DNA of 64,000 nt, from the NCBI GenBank assembly GCA_051294375.1, contig CM119271.1:924721-988720 (forward strand), read 5' to 3'. Positions 1-64,000 of this stretch are shown here, one piece after another; positions within the stretch are counted from its first letter, which is position 1; the number at the start of each line of letters is the position of its first letter. The stretch is from Paraspadella gotoi (Eukaryota; Animalia; Chaetognatha). The notes under the pieces are model-generated. The model ran no database searches. It saw nothing but the letters and a program-made list of their open reading frames with translations, and was not told where the DNA came from. The position numbers were made by a program, and so were the translations under genes.

Positions 1-294
1 TTTCTCGGTCATGGAAATGGTTTCTCACCTTTTTCCTTTTCACAGTCAAACTCACCTTCCCCCACCAAAGAAGGCAGGGTAAAACGGAGTGCGATCCTCC
101 ACCTCACCCACGCTTGGCTTCTGAAACTCCTTCGGAACTCTACCATCTTTTTACTTACCGAACTTCACCTGACTCTTTCATGTCCTTTGAAATAACAAAC
201 CATAAAAAATATTAAAAGAAATTCGTAAATTTCCAGTTTGTTAACTTTGTTTACGTCCTTTCTCCTCCTCCTCCTCCTCCTCCCCCTATATGGA

Positions 295-59459
<59,165 letters not shown>

Positions 59460-59786
59460 TGTGACTGATAAGTTTGGAAAACTTTTTAAAAAATTTAAAC
59501 AATTTTAAACGAGTCCAAACAAAAGTTTTAACACTGAAAGATTTTCGAAATTTTAAATTAATTAATATTTAAAATGGTTCATTTCATAATACTATTGTAA
59601 CTCGATTACGGATAATTGTACAGAAGTGAAACTCTGTTAAGAACAAATTATGATCTCAAAATATCAAATATGTTTCACACCATGAATTTTGCGCTGCCTT
59701 GAATGGACCATATAGCCATAGTCATATAGTGTCCATAAATTAATCATAGACTGCATTGCTTCGTTTTTTTGTTACGCATTTTTTAG

Positions 59787-59823
<37 letters not shown>

Positions 59824-59846
59824 TCTCTTCCTCTCTCTCTTCTTCT

Positions 59847-59886
<40 letters not shown>

Positions 59887-60782
59887 TTCTCTCTCTCTCT
59901 TCTCGTCTCTATGCATTTTTTTATCTTATCGCTGACCGCGCACTAAGCCGCACAAGTTTGCATATCATTATTCCTGGTCTCTAAATTATTCGATAAAACG
60001 ATAAACGATTATCATGGATTAACACAACATGTAACGAGATTGTTAAATTTAAACCCGATAAAAAGTTCAACTAATTAGTCATTTTAATCAGTTAAAGCAA
60101 AAGATAAAAGAACTTATACAATTCACCAAAAAACTTTAGGAAGCAGTTCGTTTGGGCGTGGCCACTTGTTTGTAAAATAGATCGAGTTAACTTGATCTGA
60201 ATCTTAAAAATTCAATTTCTTCCTTCTTCGCGAGAGCGCGTCCGTATCGGACGACGCTTATGCGGGGCATTAGACGTTAATTACGCTTACATTGAATATC
60301 TTAGCGAATAAATAGACGTTACTTACTGATCTGTTTTGTTTATTTACCGAAACAATACTTGAGATAGAGCTGATGACTGTAACTCGTACTGTATAGTTGA
60401 ATAGTACCAAAACATCAAAAATAATAAAAAAATAACAAAATTTTAATATATAGTTAAAAAGATATTAACTTTTAAGAATTTACATGAATGTAAATCAGAT
60501 GTGAGTATCACAGGTATTCCTTCCTAATCAGTGTGTCACCGATTTAAATTCAGTTACTATCGCATTGTTCAGAGTTCCTTGTTACATCCAGGAATGATAT
60601 ATTTGTTGCAAGAGAAGGAAAATCGGGGTGCGACAAATTTTTATACATAACAGATATCAAGAAAAAGAAAAGAAAAGTGTATGATAGATTTAAACAATAA
60701 TGTATATCAAATTGAAACAAAGTTATTCTCATTATATCGACCTCGCTCTTCTGCCTTTTCCTCGTCGTTTCCACAATCAGTC

Positions 60783-60876
60783 TCAGACCAAGTAGGCGTG
60801 GAACTTTTTGTGGCAAACTTGGCACCGGGAAATCCTCTGGCGTAGGGAACCGTCCTTTATCGTTTCCGGTTTAGGT
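60783..60876 (-). CDS. col4a1: Collagen IV NC1 terminal exon (RPKPETIKDGSLRQRISRCQVCHKKFHAYLV*)
   Basis: ISRCQVC terminal motif followed by a stop. Confidence 0.92.
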
Positions 60877-60947
60877 CTAAGATTTAAAGTTTAAAAAAAG
60901 GTTAGAGAGAGAGAGACTGAGTGAGAGAGAAGCAGAGACAGTCCAAC

Positions 60948-61074
60948 CTCTTAAACTGGTGCTCATGGTCGATCGTCGCGAGCCAAAAACTGAACGAGTT
61001 TCCGTAATAATTACAAGTTCCACGTCCGTGACATTCGATGAATGGAGATGAACGGAAATCCTCGAGGCATGATC
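60948..61074 (-). CDS. col4a1: Collagen IV NC1 exon ([36 protein letters not shown])
   Basis: [11 protein letters not shown] is the alpha1-like form (alpha2 has ECNGGRGTCHYY). Confidence 0.93.
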
Positions 61075-61571
61075 CTAGGAGGGGGGGACAGGGGGGTGGG
61101 GTGGGGGAAGGCAGCGGGGGTGTTGGCGATGTATAGTAATGGTGAGCATAAGCTGCGTGACAATTTACTTTTCTTCAGAATGTCCCATTTCGAGCACTAT
61201 TTTCCGAGGGCGCCCCATTTCTGTTCCTTAACTTATTAACTTATCAAGCCACCAAAAACAAATCGGATCGGAGACTCGGGCGATCTCCGCAGGAAATAGA
61301 ATCGCCGAATCCTGATTGGTCAAGTATAGAACCGAAATCAGCTTGCAGAATCATTGGAACTGTAAATTTCACCCACGTCGCCGATCCTTTCTTAGTTATA
61401 AATAGACTTAGCTTGTTCTAGTTTCATTTGCATTGATCAAGACTCCTGAGTGTGTCTGACCGTCACCTTTATTCTCAGAATAAAATCTCATCTTGATTTT
61501 GCCCCTAGAAATCATGAGTTTTTCCTTAAATCTGGTGACAGGACTTCTGGATGCGAAAGTCGGAGCTGTGC

Positions 61572-61652
61572 GTTGGCAAAGCGAGACCGTCCTAGGGTAA
61601 CCGCGCCAGTGACTGGAGGCGTCACTGAGGGTCGGAAGCCCCCAAAGCCAAC
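61572..61652 (+). ncRNA. Twister ribozyme, circularly permuted type P5
   Basis: P5 GTTGGC/GCCAAC; P2' GCGA, GA, T1' CCG; short P1; UAA; P2 CCGC; GC (T2); P3 CAGTGAC/GTCACTG; P4 GGG-T-CGG-AA-GC-CCC. One C.A mismatch at the base of P2. Confidence 0.75.
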
Positions 61653-62151
61653 AGTGAGATGCCCCATCCCAATGGGCATCACAGGCAACCCGGCTGTTGC
61701 CATAGAGCCATGGATAAACACATGGTAACGGCCGACCAAAAACTGGATACAATCATGACAGCTCTCCAAGGTGGAATCAACCCGCCCCAAACAGCGCCGA
61801 CACCATCGTCAATCTACCCCGTACTGCCCAACATAAGACAGCCCATCCAGGCCCCATCCTCCACGCAACCTTATTTTAAACCTTAATCTAACCCTAATCT
61901 TCAATCCATAACCTTATTCTAACATTATTTGGTTAAAGGATTAGAATTTAAGTTTAAGTAAATAATACGCACCTAATATTAATCGTAATCCTTAACCAAA
62001 TCGTTATCCTTTCACCTTCCAACCTTATTTTTAAACTTTATAACCTATTTAATTCTGAATTTAAGCTGAAATAGGGTACTTAAGGATAATTTACCCTTAT
62101 TGGCTATCCCTAAAAACTTTGTGTTCCAGAAAGACAAGACTTTGTCCTTAC

Positions 62152-62286
62152 CCGGTGATTCAAGGCTTTGTCCCGTTCCTTGTCCTCCGGTTCCTCTTTC
62201 GAAAAGAAGGAATAACCGATCCAGAGTGACTCGTAGTCCGCAGGACAATCGGGGATGGACATAGATTGAGAATGTACCGCGACGAC
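62152..62286 (-). CDS. col4a1: Collagen IV NC1 exon (VVAVHSQSMSIPDCPADYESLWIGYSF...GTGQSLESP), one base missing
   Basis: AVHSQ...LWIGYSF and GQxLxSPG motifs; 135 nt where 136 is needed. Confidence 0.9.
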
Positions 62287-62439
62287 CTGGAAAGGACAAG
62301 GGACGATTTGAGGAGAAAAACAGGCAAAAGGAATAGGGACAAGGAACAAGGACAAGGAGTAAGGGAAACATGGACTTGTGATGCAGTTTGTTTGAAGTAA
62401 GGTTTTAAATATCTTTTTCAATCACTAAAACACTATTTC

Positions 62440-62522
<83 letters not shown>

Positions 62523-62611
62523 CTCTCCTACTCTCAAGGCGCTCCTTTAAAAATGAAACAACGCGAAAAAAAACTCCGCTTAAAGCCCAGGGTGATTCTA
62601 AACCCCCTCAC

Positions 62612-62731
62612 CTGGTTTTCACACTCGCACACGACGCATCGAGAAATGTGGTCGCGATTCCACTCTTGCGTCATCGGGTGAAGCTCGGGGTGCGTGGGGC
62701 TTCCGTCGATAACCAGTAGGTGTAGTCGTTT
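62612..62731 (-). CDS. col4a1: Collagen IV NC1 exon (RNDYTYWLSTE...DHISRCVVCECENQ), one base missing
   Basis: NDYxYWLST and ISRCxVCE are in adjacent frames; 120 nt where 121 is needed. Confidence 0.9.
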
Positions 62732-63770
62732 CTTGGGGGGGGCGGGGAGTTTGGGGAGGTGGGGGGGGAAGAAGGGGAGAGGAGGAAGAGAAGGGGAAGA
62801 GCGGATGGGAGAAGAATGGGAAGAGAGGGAAGGAAGGGAAATAAAAATAACACGAAAGGAATTGTCACATTATCCATTTGGTTGAAGAGGTAGCTTTTGA
62901 AATTGCTTTTCAATTTCTCTTTTTTGACATTTCTTTTTTTAAAGAAACTTGTTCCGCTGCACTGAGAGAATAACCAACATCTCTCTCTCTCTCTCTTTCT
63001 TTCTTTCTCTCTCTCTCTCTTTCTCTCTCTTTCTTTCTCTCTCTCTCTCTCTCTCTGTCAAATACACAGATGTTTTTTTTTTTCTGAAATATTTTTTTAA
63101 CGCTCGTTGAGGTACAGACCCAGGATTCAATTTTTTTTTCCTTTTTTCCTTTCTTTTTTCTCTCTCCTTTCCTTCTCTCAACTTTTAGTTGCACCATTAG
63201 TACACGCGGAGCAACTTTTCGGTCAGTCAATCCGTCTGTCTTTTCGGTCAGTCAATCCGTCTGTCTTTTCGGTCAGTCAATCCGTCTGTAACCTATATAC
63301 GTTTTAAATTCAGCATTTTTATCAATACTTGGTAGTAAGAGTAAGACGATGTACCATATTGTACATTCACGTTAGTCGGTTCTTTTTCTATGAAAAAAAA
63401 ACCTTGGTATAATTCTTTCTTTTCGTTGTTTTTGAGAGATTTACAAAGATCTTTTGAATTTTTTACAACGATTTTAATTTTACATAGCAGACATGTTTCG
63501 ACTCACAATTTTGAGTCTTCTTCAGCGCGTAAAACAGTTTGTGAAAAAAAAACCTTAAAACTCATCTCTCTTCCCTCTTTCCTTCCGTTTACTCTTCCCC
63601 TCCTTTCTCCCTTCTCCCCTCCTCCCCCCTTCTCCCCTTCCTTCTCCCTCCCCCCCCTCCTCCCCCTTTCTCCCCTTCCCCTCTCCCTTCCCTCTTCAAA
63701 CCTCCCTCCCCCCTTTCTCCCTTCCCCCCTCCGCCCCCCCACCTCCCTTCTCCCATCAATAAATAAAAAC

Positions 63771-63886
63771 CTGGTAGCGAAGTAACAGATTTCGTTGAAG
63801 TTGCAAAACATGAAGGGCATCGAGGTGAAGCGGCGAAGACAACTTCCCGGTTTCCCTAAATCTTGTCCGTGGGCGAATTTTCCTCC
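63771..63886 (-). CDS. col4a1: Collagen IV (alpha1-like) NC1 exon ([38 protein letters not shown])
   Basis: Unmistakable C4/NC1 motif; gcgcag| and |gttttt. Confidence 0.93.
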
Positions 63887-64000
63887 CTGCGCGTGTCGCC
63901 GGGTTTGGGGGAGTGAGAGGGAGAGGGAGGAAAGGGGGAGGTGTGAGAAGATAAGAGAGGATGGGGGGGAGTGTGCGTGCGACATATGGCGCGGCTTATA

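Overview
AT-rich, microsatellite-rich, intron-rich animal (invertebrate-type) genomic DNA with one 83-N assembly gap. I assembled exons by hand from GT-AG signals and intron-phase matching. Almost the whole window (~295-59459, +) is one ~30-exon gene for a CngL-type cyclic-nucleotide-gated channel. It has an unusual ~200-aa Ser/Thr/Pro-rich insertion in the extracellular S5-pore turret, and one expected C-linker exon is missing, probably in the gap. Its introns hold antisense nested genes: a complete 4-exon, stalk-less TNF-superfamily ligand (10904-13086); an apparently intronless, frameshifted ORF with tandem DEDDy 3'-5' exonuclease domains (~19024-20830); and two unidentified spliced candidates. 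The 3' end of a convergent alpha1-type collagen IV gene (NC1 exons, 60783-63886, -) lacks the sulfilimine Met93. Mobile DNA includes two Kolobok-like TIR elements, Helentron/DINE-like elements, MITEs with telomere-like cores, a TRIM-like element with tRNA-like LTRs, and a repeat carrying a type-P5 twister ribozyme. Recurrent single-base deletions in short homopolymers suggest unpolished long-read errors. All family assignments come from motif recognition, not database searches.
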